Below are positions 46,887 through 55,764 of a stretch of DNA of 57,148 bases, piece after piece. How positions within the stretch are numbered: the first letter of the stretch is position 1; every line of letters starts with the position of its first letter. The notes below the pieces were generated by a model. It did no database searches and was not told the DNA's origin. It saw only the letters and a program-made list of their open reading frames with translations. The translations under genes and the position numbers were made by a program. Source of the DNA: a virus; the IMG/VR virus record IMGVR_UViG_3300045988_048750; one strand, 5' to 3'.

Positions 46887-47459
46887 TTAACCACGAGCAG
46901 TGGTCGGTCCTTTTTGGCCCTGATAATGAGAATTGAGAGACGGATCTCCATAAGGATGAGCACAATAAGAATCAAGTCCGAAGAAACAGATCTGCCCGAT
47001 TCGCATACCATACTTGATGTCAATCGGATAACGATTCTCGTTCTTCATCTCAAGAGTAATCTGACCCTCGAATCCTGCATCAATAAATCCAGCAGTAACA
47101 TGAGTAGTCAGACCGATTCGACCAAGAGAAGACTTGCCTTCAAATCGTCCAGCAATATCATTCGGAAGCTTTACCGTTTCCTTGGTAGAAGCAATAATGA
47201 AATCACCAGGGCACATACGATAGCAGTTGTCCCGATCTTCCGTAAGATCAATCTCGACATACTCTAGTCCATGAAGTTTCTTATCATAAGCTGTAATATG
47301 ACTCTCAACAGGGTATTCGTCAATGTTGCTAACTACCATCTTCTTAATAATCTTATCAAGAGTTAGATCGTAGCTACACGGTTGCTGTTGCTCAGAGTGA
47401 TACGGAGTAATAAGATCGGCCCTAGCGGACCTTACAGCAATAGTAACGTCAGAAAGCAA
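46887..47459 (-). CDS. dcd: dCTP deaminase (dUTPase superfamily)
   Basis: KSSLGRIGLTTHVTAGFIDAGFEGQITLEMKN. Confidence 0.75.
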   Translation of the reverse strand: MLSDVTIAVRSARADLITPYHSEQQQPCSYDLTLDKIIKKMVVSNIDEYPVESHITAYDKKLHGLEYVEIDLTEDRDNCYRMCPGDFIIASTKETVKLPNDIAGRFEGKSSLGRIGLTTHVTAGFIDAGFEGQITLEMKNENRYPIDIKYGMRIGQICFFGLDSYCAHPYGDPSLNSHYQGQKGPTTARG

Positions 47460-47493
47460 GACGTTCTCCTTTACAATCCAAAATCGAAAATAT

Positions 47494-47517
47494 AAAAATC
47501 CCTCCGGAGCTTTTTTT
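47494..47517. terminator. bidirectional terminator hairpin: ctccggag palindrome flanked by A5 and T7
   Basis: aaaaatccctccggagcttttttt. Confidence 0.6.
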
Positions 47518-47614
47518 AGGGGCCCGGCGATAAAGGAGGGGGGTATATTTTGAGACCCCCCCCTATACCTTTATATTTATGTTATATTCGTCTGATATTA
47601 TGTTTTATTTAACA

Positions 47615-47845
47615 TTAATGTTTGACTTTAACATAAATATTTTGGAAATCATATTTAATGATCTCATCAATTGCACGTTCGATCTCTTTTTCGTTTTCTT
47701 CATCACTAAGCGAAGAAGAAGTAAAGCAAACTCGATCTAAGAACGAACAAGTGTTGTAATGTTTGTCTGTATCAAACCTAAACCACTCATCAAACTGATC
47801 TATTGGATCGAAAGGATTGTCTTTAGTTGTGATTGCAACAGACAT
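47615..47845 (-). CDS. hypothetical small protein
   Basis: 76-aa ORF abutting the RNAP-like gene. Confidence 0.5.
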   Translation of the reverse strand: MSVAITTKDNPFDPIDQFDEWFRFDTDKHYNTCSFLDRVCFTSSSLSDEENEKEIERAIDEIIKYDFQNIYVKVKH

Positions 47846-50656
47846 TTAGTTACTTCCTTTCTTTCCATTTAAGTATTGATAGACAGTTGAAGGTGAGCAG
47901 CCTAAAGCATTGGCTATCTCTTGGTTAGTGTACATACCAGATGCAGCCATAGACTTAAGCTTTGTGATCTTAGCCTGTGTCAATGTAACTGTAGACTTAG
48001 GCATAGCCTTAGCTCTAATAGAATCAGGATCAGAGTAACGCAATACTTTCTGCAACTGAGTACTTGAAATAGCACCAGCCTGGATGGCTTCCCATTCCCT
48101 ATCAGTAAGCTTGATACGTACCTTCTTACCAGAGGCGCCTACTTGTGCACGAGCGGCCTCTATAGCAAGCTGCTTTGTCTTCTTGTACAGCTTCTTATCT
48201 TCAATTAGGGCCGGGTTATCGGCTACTTTAGCCTTAACTACGGAGTTAGCCAGGGCCATAGCCCTACGCTCCTTAGGGGCGTTCATATCGGCAGCCTTAA
48301 TCTTTTCATTTAGGGCTGTTACTTCTGCAGCATAGGTAGACTGGGCCTGCTTGTTTAGCTTTGAATTGTCAGTAGCCAAGTATTCTTTTCGAGCTTCGTT
48401 AGCAAGGGCCTTCATTTTGTTACCATAGGAGGCATAAGCTTCCTCTTGTGGGGTACCGGATGAAAGTGTATGAAGATCTTTAGTCGCAAGCAATAGCTTC
48501 TGCTCTTGAGTAGCGAGAACTGTTTTGCCAGTCTTCTTATCTACATAGGTACGCCCCGACAGTTTGTACTCTACCTCTCCGGTATCGGGGTTAATCTTAC
48601 CGGATCCACGGGTCTCTGGAACACGAATGGTCTGGTTACGCCTAGACAATAGGGTGGATGCACCAGTACTTTCATTACCATTCTCATTAGTATGGAGCTG
48701 ATACTTCTTCTTAAGCTCAGCAATACCATTATCTTTCTCAGACTGCTTGTAGTCTAGCTTGTGCTTCTCTGCATCAATGACTACCATGGAGTGTCGAACA
48801 GCACGTTCAAGTTCTTCTGGCTTTGCTCCGGCTAGGGTCATGTCAGTAATAAGATTCGAAACAATACCCATTTGCTTCTGCTTATACTCTTTTGACATGA
48901 TCTTAACAGGAACACCAGCAGAATTAACCCTAACAGTCTTACCATTAACTACTTTCTCATCAGTAGAATAGGCAGTCTTAGGATCAAAGCCAACAAGTCC
49001 CTTCAAAGGCTTCTGATTTTTGATCTTAACACGACTGTTAGTAGGAATAACTACAACCTGATCACCATCAAAGTCAGCACCAGACAGCTGTTCTGCGACT
49101 TTAGGGTTAATACCAATAGCATCTACAGCATTAGGGTCAAGAATAGCTCGACATTTACGACTACGGTTGTTAACAGTTAGGATTGGGATCTCAAATGTGC
49201 CACCATGAGGATAGCGAACTAGTGCTACCTGCTCTCCATCCTTATAGGTAGGAGCATACACTTCAGTATCCTTGAGATGAGTCATAGGAAGAATAACTTT
49301 GGTGCTCTCACGAGGCAATGCAGCAGCCTTAAGATGTGTTGCAGCAGAATCACATTCATTAGCAAAGTCCATAAGAAACTTTTTCTTGACTGTATCATTA
49401 GTCAAGCTCTTAATCTCTTGGTATTCTGAAAGAGAACTATCATAGCTGAGGTTCAACTGTTTCTTAATCAGAGACATAGGCTGCTTAGACAAGAACTGTG
49501 AAGACAGATTCTTGCTCATATCATCCCAATCGCCCTCTTCTTTAAGCTTGTTGATTGCGCTAAGCTTAGACTTACCAGATTTATCAGTGTAATATGACTG
49601 ACCATCAGCCTTGATGGCTGCACCAAAAGGATTATCCGGGTCTTCGGTATGAATAGGTTTCAATACCTTGTTCTTAGGAACATCATGAGTCTTGTTAGTG
49701 TTAAACACAATGTCATAGCCATCCGGAATATCATCCGAATACATTGCCATACCCTTAAGATAATGAGTTCCATCAACAAGAATACGAACCTGTGCATAGT
49801 GAGAGTTACCAAGACTCAGATCATCTACGCCACGACGAATCTCAATGACGCCATCTTTTTCAACGCCTTTGGATCCAAAAAGATCTTCATCACCATAATG
49901 AATCTTAACACGAGAGCTATCAATAGATGAAGGATACTGAGTCTTGTTAAAGGTTAAGCCACCATCAGTAGAATGGTAATTTCCTACTGAATCGATATCG
50001 CCCATGTTTTGATAGGCATCCTTGTATTCGACGTCCTTATTAGCAAGAACTGATACAATAGTTTGCTTGCCAGGATTAGTGACATTAGGAACACCAACAC
50101 CATAAACATTGTAGCCACGAGTACGAAGAATAAACAAAGCTTCTTTAAGAGTGCCCTGAGACACTCCCAACTCGTGTTCAACGCCAGCGCCGACATCAAG
50201 CATAGAATGCGATTTAAGGGCCTCTTCTAGCTTGTCAGCAGTGACACTAGCCCTATTCTTATTCGTGGCCGTATTCTCGTTTAGAAGGGCTCTAACGGAC
50301 GAATCATTGGCATATCCCATGATACTTGCGATCTCATCAAGGGTTTTACCCTGATGTCGAAGAGATTTCGCTCGTTCAGCATCCATCTGACGACGTTCAT
50401 GAACAGCAACACGCTTCTGCAAACGAAGATCAGTGGTTGTCATACCAAGAGCTTCAGCAATCTCTTTCTCAGTGCCATACTTCTTAGAAAGTTCGTCTAC
50501 ACGAGAAAGGAAGTCGCCGCCACTTTGAAAAGGATTCTCTCCAGAACCCCAAGGATATCGACCAGAATGTCGCTTAGTTCCATAATGAGTAAGCTCTTCT
50601 TCAATTTCATCAATCTCATCGATAACCATAAATTCAGTGTAGTCCTCAAGTTCCAT
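47846..50656 (-). CDS. putative single-subunit, YonO-like 'two-barrel' RNA polymerase: beta-like and beta-prime-like double-psi beta-barrel motifs, plus N- and C-terminal HTH domains
   Basis: beta-prime-like: VALVRYPHGGTFEIPILTVNNRSRKCRAI...SGADFDGDQVVVIP (cf. NRQPSLH...NADFDGDQMAVH). beta-like: GSKGVEKDGVIEI...DDIPDGYDIVFNTNKTHDVPKNK (cf. RHGNKGV...DMPF.DG.P.DI.LNP..PSR). HTHs: TEKEIAEALGMTTTDL, KTLDEIASIMGYANDSSVRALL, NQEIANALGCSPSTVYQYL. Confidence 0.6.
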   Translation of the reverse strand: MELEDYTEFMVIDEIDEIEEELTHYGTKRHSGRYPWGSGENPFQSGGDFLSRVDELSKKYGTEKEIAEALGMTTTDLRLQKRVAVHERRQMDAERAKSLRHQGKTLDEIASIMGYANDSSVRALLNENTATNKNRASVTADKLEEALKSHSMLDVGAGVEHELGVSQGTLKEALFILRTRGYNVYGVGVPNVTNPGKQTIVSVLANKDVEYKDAYQNMGDIDSVGNYHSTDGGLTFNKTQYPSSIDSSRVKIHYGDEDLFGSKGVEKDGVIEIRRGVDDLSLGNSHYAQVRILVDGTHYLKGMAMYSDDIPDGYDIVFNTNKTHDVPKNKVLKPIHTEDPDNPFGAAIKADGQSYYTDKSGKSKLSAINKLKEEGDWDDMSKNLSSQFLSKQPMSLIKKQLNLSYDSSLSEYQEIKSLTNDTVKKKFLMDFANECDSAATHLKAAALPRESTKVILPMTHLKDTEVYAPTYKDGEQVALVRYPHGGTFEIPILTVNNRSRKCRAILDPNAVDAIGINPKVAEQLSGADFDGDQVVVIPTNSRVKIKNQKPLKGLVGFDPKTAYSTDEKVVNGKTVRVNSAGVPVKIMSKEYKQKQMGIVSNLITDMTLAGAKPEELERAVRHSMVVIDAEKHKLDYKQSEKDNGIAELKKKYQLHTNENGNESTGASTLLSRRNQTIRVPETRGSGKINPDTGEVEYKLSGRTYVDKKTGKTVLATQEQKLLLATKDLHTLSSGTPQEEAYASYGNKMKALANEARKEYLATDNSKLNKQAQSTYAAEVTALNEKIKAADMNAPKERRAMALANSVVKAKVADNPALIEDKKLYKKTKQLAIEAARAQVGASGKKVRIKLTDREWEAIQAGAISSTQLQKVLRYSDPDSIRAKAMPKSTVTLTQAKITKLKSMAASGMYTNQEIANALGCSPSTVYQYLNGKKGSN

Positions 50657-50657
50657 T

Positions 50658-51221
50658 CTAGTCCTCCTCTCTTATTCCAGAAAGAATCTTATCAAATTTG
50701 ACAATTTTGTCGCAAATATCCCTAATCTCAGCAGGATCGGGTTCATACTCAAAGATCTCATCATTCTGATAAATCCTCAAAATAATAGTGATCTCCGATG
50801 GCTTACGACGATACTCCAAACAATATAAAGCAGCATAAATCTCTAGCTGCTCCATATGTGCTGGAATCTTGCCAGTCTTCAAATCATGAATACGAAGAGT
50901 CTTGGTTTTCTCGTCAAAACGAATAGCATCAGCAGTTCCAAAAAAGTTTGAAGAGTAATATAGAATTACTTCAGGATCAAGCCGATAATTAATAGCATCG
51001 TTGACGTAAGTATTCAGAGTCTTCTTAGAACGAGGAAGCTTTTGTCCAAGCGCGATAGCTTCAGCCGCAAACTCATGAAGTCTTGTTCCATACTCCTTGG
51101 CTTGCATACTCTCATAGATCTGAAGAAGCTTATCCTTGTCGTAGTTAATCCAGTGCCATTTGCTAGCTCCGAATGTAGCGTGCTTACCTTTTAGTTCGTA
51201 ATGATTGTTGAAGCGCATCAA
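50658..51221 (-). CDS. PD-(D/E)XK family nuclease
   Basis: GTADAIRFDE...LRIHDLKTGK...QLEIYAALY. Confidence 0.6.
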   Translation of the reverse strand: MMRFNNHYELKGKHATFGASKWHWINYDKDKLLQIYESMQAKEYGTRLHEFAAEAIALGQKLPRSKKTLNTYVNDAINYRLDPEVILYYSSNFFGTADAIRFDEKTKTLRIHDLKTGKIPAHMEQLEIYAALYCLEYRRKPSEITIILRIYQNDEIFEYEPDPAEIRDICDKIVKFDKILSGIREED

Positions 51222-51513
51222 GCACCTCTTCCTTGTTCTCAGGATATATAAAACTACTGAAAGACATATGATTCATCTTATCAACATAATAATCTTGATT
51301 AGGTCGATGCTTAGCCTTGGCGCTACGCTTGCATTCCAATGTTGCCCACCTTTGTCCATAAAGAACAATCAAATCAGGAATACCCTGAATTTGAGTAGGA
51401 TCGGTCTTCATCACAATGCAACCCGGAAGACGTTTCTTCAAGTCTTTCTTGAGTTCTGCCTGAAACTTACTTTCCAGCTTGGTTGAGTTACTTGTCATGG
51501 ATTCTCCTTTCAC
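51184..51513 (-). CDS. VRR-NUC domain nuclease
   Basis: GIPDLIVLYGQRWATLECKRS...NQDYY. Confidence 0.65.
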   Translation of the reverse strand: MKGESMTSNSTKLESKFQAELKKDLKKRLPGCIVMKTDPTQIQGIPDLIVLYGQRWATLECKRSAKAKHRPNQDYYVDKMNHMSFSSFIYPENKEEVLDALQQSLRTKR

Positions 51514-51669
51514 ATGAAAAATACCTCAAAAGGAACATAGAAAGTATCCTAAATCGGGACACATTCTATCTCTCTCCATAAAAGAGTCTGTTTTTTTCGC
51601 GGAAGAATTACTAACACCCTGTAACTCTTAAACTACTCAAAACAGACTCTTCATTAACCAAGCGCTAGT

Positions 51670-52110
51670 CTACAACAACTTCCACTGATCTTGATGAATG
51701 CCTTCAAGATACCAAGAAAGAATGTAATGACTATAGGCAGTAGGCTTTCGTTGAAAATTCAAATATCGATAAATAGAATTCTCAGACAGACCAGTTCGCT
51801 CGGCAAGCTTCCTTCGAGAGATCTGACGGGCAAGCATACGACCACCAAGCAACTCTGAAAAATTGCGAAGATATGTTTGCTCACTCATCGGAAACAAAGT
51901 AGACTCATACTGATCCATGAAATATGAATCGCTCTCAATCCACAGACAAGTATGGTCATTGTAAGACCATCGATAGCAATCATCTGTATCAGTCCAAAGA
52001 TCCATACACTGATCGCCGACATACCTACAAAAGACGGCGCTGTCTTTCAAATCGGGAAGACGATCAAAAATATCCTTTACAATACCTGTCATAGTAATGC
52101 TGCTCTGCAT
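51670..52110 (-). CDS. XRE-family HTH transcriptional regulator
   Basis: LARQISRRKLAERTGLSENSIYRYLNFQRKPT. Confidence 0.6.
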   Translation of the reverse strand: MQSSITMTGIVKDIFDRLPDLKDSAVFCRYVGDQCMDLWTDTDDCYRWSYNDHTCLWIESDSYFMDQYESTLFPMSEQTYLRNFSELLGGRMLARQISRRKLAERTGLSENSIYRYLNFQRKPTAYSHYILSWYLEGIHQDQWKLL

Positions 52111-52167
52111 TTTGCTAAAATCCTTTCAAAATTGCGAAAATTACATAAAAATTACCAAAATATCCAA

Positions 52168-52443
52168 AACGTTGACACCTGGTCCTTTTTACGTAATTGG
52201 GGGTATATATTACCTTATATATTATATTTTTTTTATCGTATTAGTATACATCAATTTACGTAAAAAGGACCAGGAGTCAACGTTTTTTTCACCCAAAAAA
52301 GGGCCAAAAAGGACCAATTGGTCCTTTTTCACCAAATTTTGCCAAAAATCAGCAATTTTTCATAGGTTGACAGTTGGTCCTTTTTCACTTTTTGGCCTCT
52401 CCAACTCAAAAATCAAAAGTTGCCAATTGGTCCTACTTTTTGC
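52168..52443. other. putative origin of replication / operator cluster: a 29-bp imperfect inverted repeat around an AT-rich spacer, then at least 3 TTGGTCCTTTTTCAC iterons and a GGACCAATTGGTCC palindrome
   Basis: aacgttgacacctggtcctttttacgtaa (52168-52196) vs ttacgtaaaaaggaccaggagtcaacgtt (52256-52284); iterons at about 52318, 52374 and 52426. Confidence 0.5.
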
Positions 52444-53697
52444 CTAAAATTGACCAACAAAGTTGCCCTCAGTGAAGTTTTTCTTCTGCTTCAATGCCTT
52501 CGCAATAGCCAGATCGATAGGTGCAGAACTCCTCAAATGATAGCAATATAGGTCCACAAACGGAGTATTCAAGCGATTGATACGTCCCGAAGCTTGCTGC
52601 ATCACCTTATATGAATAGTTCTGAGAGAAGAAAATAATGGTGTCCGTAGTGATACAATTCCAGCCTTCACATCCAGCAGTGTACTGAACGAGATACACCC
52701 AATCGTCTCCAGTCGGAATAGGCTGATGCAAATGACCGTTCCACTGAGCTACCTCCAACCCTTTGATCCCACCAAACGCTTCAAGCAATGCATCAAGTTC
52801 ATAGTCGAAGTTGTAGAATATGATGGACTTCCTTCTCTTCAAAGCAATATTCACACATTTCTTGATCCTGTCTTCAGAACTGTTAACCAACTTCCTCCAA
52901 GTATAGCACAACTCCGAAGCATTAACTATTGGCTCATCTGTGTATGGATTGATCCTGGTTTTACCCACAAGTTTGTATTCCTCTTTTGGCCATGTTACGT
53001 CAATAAGTTCGTCATGCATGACAGTAGCTCTTTGCATTGGCATATCGACAAGTATCTTTCTTCGTAGTCGGATAAGGCGTCCTGTATTGATGTACCTGTC
53101 GATCTTGGGGTAAGTAGTGAACCGACTATAGATGACATGCGCCTGAATGAACTCGGTTTTGTTCCTGTAAAATCCGTTAGCCAAGAATACTGGGATGTAG
53201 TCAGACCAAGTATCTCCTGGGGTAGCGGAAAGAAGGATCCATCGATTGTGTTTCGCAATCCTAAGGAAAGCCTTAACCCATGCACCACTACCGACAACTC
53301 TTTGCTCGTCAAATATGAAGAACGCATTTTGGATGTCTTTGTACTTAGCGATATTGTTCCAGGAATCGATGACGACCTCTCGGAATATCTTAGATTCGAC
53401 CTCACTTCCGACAAGCAAGTCTTTCCCCACATGATCTGTGAAGATATAGAACGGGATGAGCTCTTGGTCCCATTCATAGGTATCTCGTTTTCTTGCAGTT
53501 GTGATGATATACAACGGTATAGGGTGTTCCATTTCTTGAAACCCCTCGGAATCAGTAGCGTCAAGATTACCACCCATTTCTTTGTAATAATATGCTAAGG
53601 ATGTACGACTCTTTCCAGTTCCTACACCTCCACACAATATGTTACCGTCTCGCAACTCATCGACTGCTTTTCTTTGCCATGGGTATAGTTCGATCAT
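52444..53697 (-). CDS. SF2 (DEAD/SNF2-like) DNA helicase
   Basis: Walker A GGVGTGKS, FIFDEQ motif II, RWILLSATPG motif III. Confidence 0.7.
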   Translation of the reverse strand: MIELYPWQRKAVDELRDGNILCGGVGTGKSRTSLAYYYKEMGGNLDATDSEGFQEMEHPIPLYIITTARKRDTYEWDQELIPFYIFTDHVGKDLLVGSEVESKIFREVVIDSWNNIAKYKDIQNAFFIFDEQRVVGSGAWVKAFLRIAKHNRWILLSATPGDTWSDYIPVFLANGFYRNKTEFIQAHVIYSRFTTYPKIDRYINTGRLIRLRRKILVDMPMQRATVMHDELIDVTWPKEEYKLVGKTRINPYTDEPIVNASELCYTWRKLVNSSEDRIKKCVNIALKRRKSIIFYNFDYELDALLEAFGGIKGLEVAQWNGHLHQPIPTGDDWVYLVQYTAGCEGWNCITTDTIIFFSQNYSYKVMQQASGRINRLNTPFVDLYCYHLRSSAPIDLAIAKALKQKKNFTEGNFVGQF

Positions 53698-53745
53698 AAA
53701 GCCTCCAAATATAAAAGGAACAGCCGTAGCCGTTCCGAATCGTTA

Positions 53746-54006
53746 CTAAACCTCGAATACGTAATCCTGCCAATCGATCCCGTTGTCAACAGATATCGTG
53801 TATTCCGTAACACGTCCAGTATCATCCTTCTTAGTAGCTTTCATACAATAATCTGTATTGCTATTAATAAGATCTTTCTGAATCGCCTCACGATACACAC
53901 GATCCTCTGACATGGAATTATCATGAGCAACACTCTCACCATTTCCAGTTAGAATAAGCAATCCGAACAGTACAACCATTCCGATGACAACCATAATCTT
54001 TTTCAT
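53746..54006 (-). CDS. small secreted protein (signal peptide)
   Basis: MKKIMVVIGMVVLFGLLILTGNGESVA; GAAAGGAG RBS. Confidence 0.55.
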   Translation of the reverse strand: MKKIMVVIGMVVLFGLLILTGNGESVAHDNSMSEDRVYREAIQKDLINSNTDYCMKATKKDDTGRVTEYTISVDNGIDWQDYVFEV

Positions 54007-54029
54007 AATAAATCTCCTTTCATAGATTA

Positions 54030-54051
54030 CCTGTCATAATATAGCGTGCAA
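54030..54051 (-). promoter_or_regulatory. class II promoter-like element (GCTATATTATGACAGGTA)
   Basis: 15 nt upstream of the RBS of 53746..54006. Confidence 0.4.
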
Positions 54052-54182
54052 TAGTGGCGAAAGATAAAAGGGAAAGCCTTTGTAGACTCCCCCATTAGAG
54101 TTAGAAGTTATTCTTCATTAAAGAGCGTGTAGATATGGCGAAAAAGAAGAGAGTCTGCGTAAGGCAAACCCTCTTCAAGAAG

Positions 54183-54398
54183 TTAGTTCCTCTTACCCGA
54201 GACTTCTTTTACCGTGTTGACGACCTCAGTCATACATTCTAAATATCCGACGGCCTTCGCTGCATTAATCGCCTGTTCGTCTATAGTGCTGGTATACTTT
54301 CCAATAGTATGTCCAACAACAAACGACCCTACGCAAAAAGCTGCAATCGTAGCCCAACCGGCAATAGTGTTGACGGTTTCTTCGTTCACGTTAATCAT
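54183..54398 (-). CDS. small membrane protein (MINVNEE...). Start at the RBS-preceded ATG; the track ORF starts 36 nt upstream, inside the class I element
   Basis: CGAAAGGAGAATTATT-ATG; TM segment IAGWATIAAFCVGSFVVG. Confidence 0.45.
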   Translation of the reverse strand: MINVNEETVNTIAGWATIAAFCVGSFVVGHTIGKYTSTIDEQAINAAKAVGYLECMTEVVNTVKEVSGKRN

Positions 54399-54427
54399 AA
54401 TAATTCTCCTTTCGATATGATTAACTG

Positions 54428-54452
54428 CCTTCATTAAAGAGTCTGCAAGAAG
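54428..54452 (-). promoter_or_regulatory. class I-type element (TTTAATGAAGG half)
   Basis: ccttcattaaagag; its ATG is in frame with the downstream gene. Confidence 0.35.
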
Positions 54453-54655
54453 TGTGTAAGTTCGTCGATACGACCTTTTAGGGCATTCGCATAAGCCTTG
54501 TGTTGTGCGTATCGTATGCTTATGACATTACCGTCACACAAAGGCTTTTCTTTTTCTGCAATATCTAGAAGCTGTTTCCTCGCTTCTTCGTACATTGCGA
54601 TGAGCGATTGAATTTCTTGCTTTGTTAAAGTAAAATGATCCGAGTGATCCATCAT
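54434..54655 (-). CDS. hypothetical protein
   Basis: 73-aa ORF. Confidence 0.45.
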   Translation of the reverse strand: MMDHSDHFTLTKQEIQSLIAMYEEARKQLLDIAEKEKPLCDGNVISIRYAQHKAYANALKGRIDELTHFLQTL

Positions 54656-54704
54656 GACTCCAAAAAAATATAGAGCCGTTGATTTCTCAGCGACCCTATA
54701 TTGT

Positions 54705-54891
54705 CTACAGATTGTTCAGCTTTCGATTGAACCAAAACTTGAAATCTTCACCAGCTCGATTTACAGAGTGTTTCAGATTAGGATTAGTATTATAGGCAAT
54801 CAAGCAACTGGCGCCAACACCAATAGCTTGAAGACCGATCTTAATCCACTGCCTGATCTCTCGACTCGTTTCGATCTGACGATAGTTCATT
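54705..54891 (-). CDS. small membrane protein (MNYRQIE...), start at the RBS-preceded ATG
   Basis: AAAGGAGAACAAA-ATG. Confidence 0.45.
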
Positions 54892-55029
54892 TTGTTCTCC
54901 TTTCTTTGAAACATCCGTTTCATAATAGAGCTTGTCTAGTTTGCGACAATATACTATGAAACTGACATAGCATCCAATACAAAACCCGATCGCAATTCCG
55001 AGAATATAGAAGTAAGTGTAGCTATTCAC
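54841..55029 (-). CDS. small membrane protein
   Basis: 62 aa; hydrophobic FYILGIAIGFCIGCYVSFIVY; 51-nt out-of-frame overlap with the next gene. Confidence 0.35.
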   Translation of the reverse strand: MNSYTYFYILGIAIGFCIGCYVSFIVYCRKLDKLYYETDVSKKGEQNELSSDRNESRDQAVD

Positions 55030-55196
55030 TTTCCGTCGCGCTCCTTGAAGTGAATAGGCTTTTCAGAGTGATAGTTAACAGGCTGTTCGAGACATTCCCA
55101 ACAAGGAGCCTCGTTTTCAGCCCTTGCACAGCACTCGCATTTTTTACAGTATTTCTCGAAGTCTACAAACTTCATTCCAATTTTATCCAATTTCAT
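55026..55196 (-). CDS. Cys-rich small protein (start uncertain; the track ORF extends to 55256)
   Basis: CKKCECCARAENEAPCWEC. Confidence 0.35.
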   Translation of the reverse strand: MKLDKIGMKFVDFEKYCKKCECCARAENEAPCWECLEQPVNYHSEKPIHFKERDGK

Positions 55197-55476
55197 CAAT
55201 CCCTTTTTCGCGTAGAATCGGTACCCAATAATCGTCATATCGCTTTTCAAGTTCATTCATCTTTTTCTCGATTGAATAAAATTCCTCACGCTTGCGATCA
55301 CGTGACTCCTTATCGGTATCAATAATTATAGATCTGAATAGTTTATCGCGTTCTGCAGCTAATGCTTCATACGTGCATATATGGCCTTTAAGAACATATA
55401 TGCAATTTCTTCCAAAGTTAAGTTGCACATGATTATCCCCTTTCAATGTAAAAGAGAAGAGCCTTTGCAGACTCAA
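55183..55476 (-). CDS. hypothetical protein
   Basis: 97-aa ORF. Confidence 0.45.
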   Translation of the reverse strand: MSLQRLFSFTLKGDNHVQLNFGRNCIYVLKGHICTYEALAAERDKLFRSIIIDTDKESRDRKREEFYSIEKKMNELEKRYDDYWVPILREKGIDEIG

Positions 55477-55490
55477 CTCTTTTTTTTTTT
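55451..55490. terminator. conserved hairpin family, copy D, followed by T13 on the plus strand
   Basis: aaagagaagagcctttgcagactcaactctttttttttttttt. Confidence 0.55.
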
Positions 55491-55495
55491 GAAGA

Positions 55496-55708
55496 CTACT
55501 TCTTAATCATCGATTTGACAGTTTCTTCAGAAACATAAGATTTATCGTTTTCTCTTTTCCTTAATCCAGCCTCCAGACCGTCTTTAAAGGCCTGTTTTAT
55601 CTTTTCGTCACTATCATCAGTGATAGACTTAAAGATGACAAATAGACCCATTACAGACATCGCTACAGCCACAATACCAAAGCAAAATCCGATAACATTA
55701 CTCCCCAT
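55496..55708 (-). CDS. small membrane protein
   Basis: GAAAGGAG RBS; TM VIGFCFGIVAVAMSVMGLFVIF. Confidence 0.5.
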   Translation of the reverse strand: MGSNVIGFCFGIVAVAMSVMGLFVIFKSITDDSDEKIKQAFKDGLEAGLRKRENDKSYVSEETVKSMIKK

Positions 55709-55732
55709 ACAACTCCTTTCAATGGAAGTAGT

Positions 55733-55764
55733 CCTTCATTAAAGAAGCTGTACTATTTGCGGGA
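55733..55764 (-). promoter_or_regulatory. class I promoter-like element, variant CCGCAAATAGTACAG-TTTAATGAAGG
   Basis: upstream of 55496..55708. Confidence 0.4.

Noticed and set aside
46763-47023. 86-aa minus-strand ORF overlapping the dCTP deaminase gene
   Set aside because: Different frame, overlaps a confidently identified gene and the terminator hairpins; low-complexity translation.
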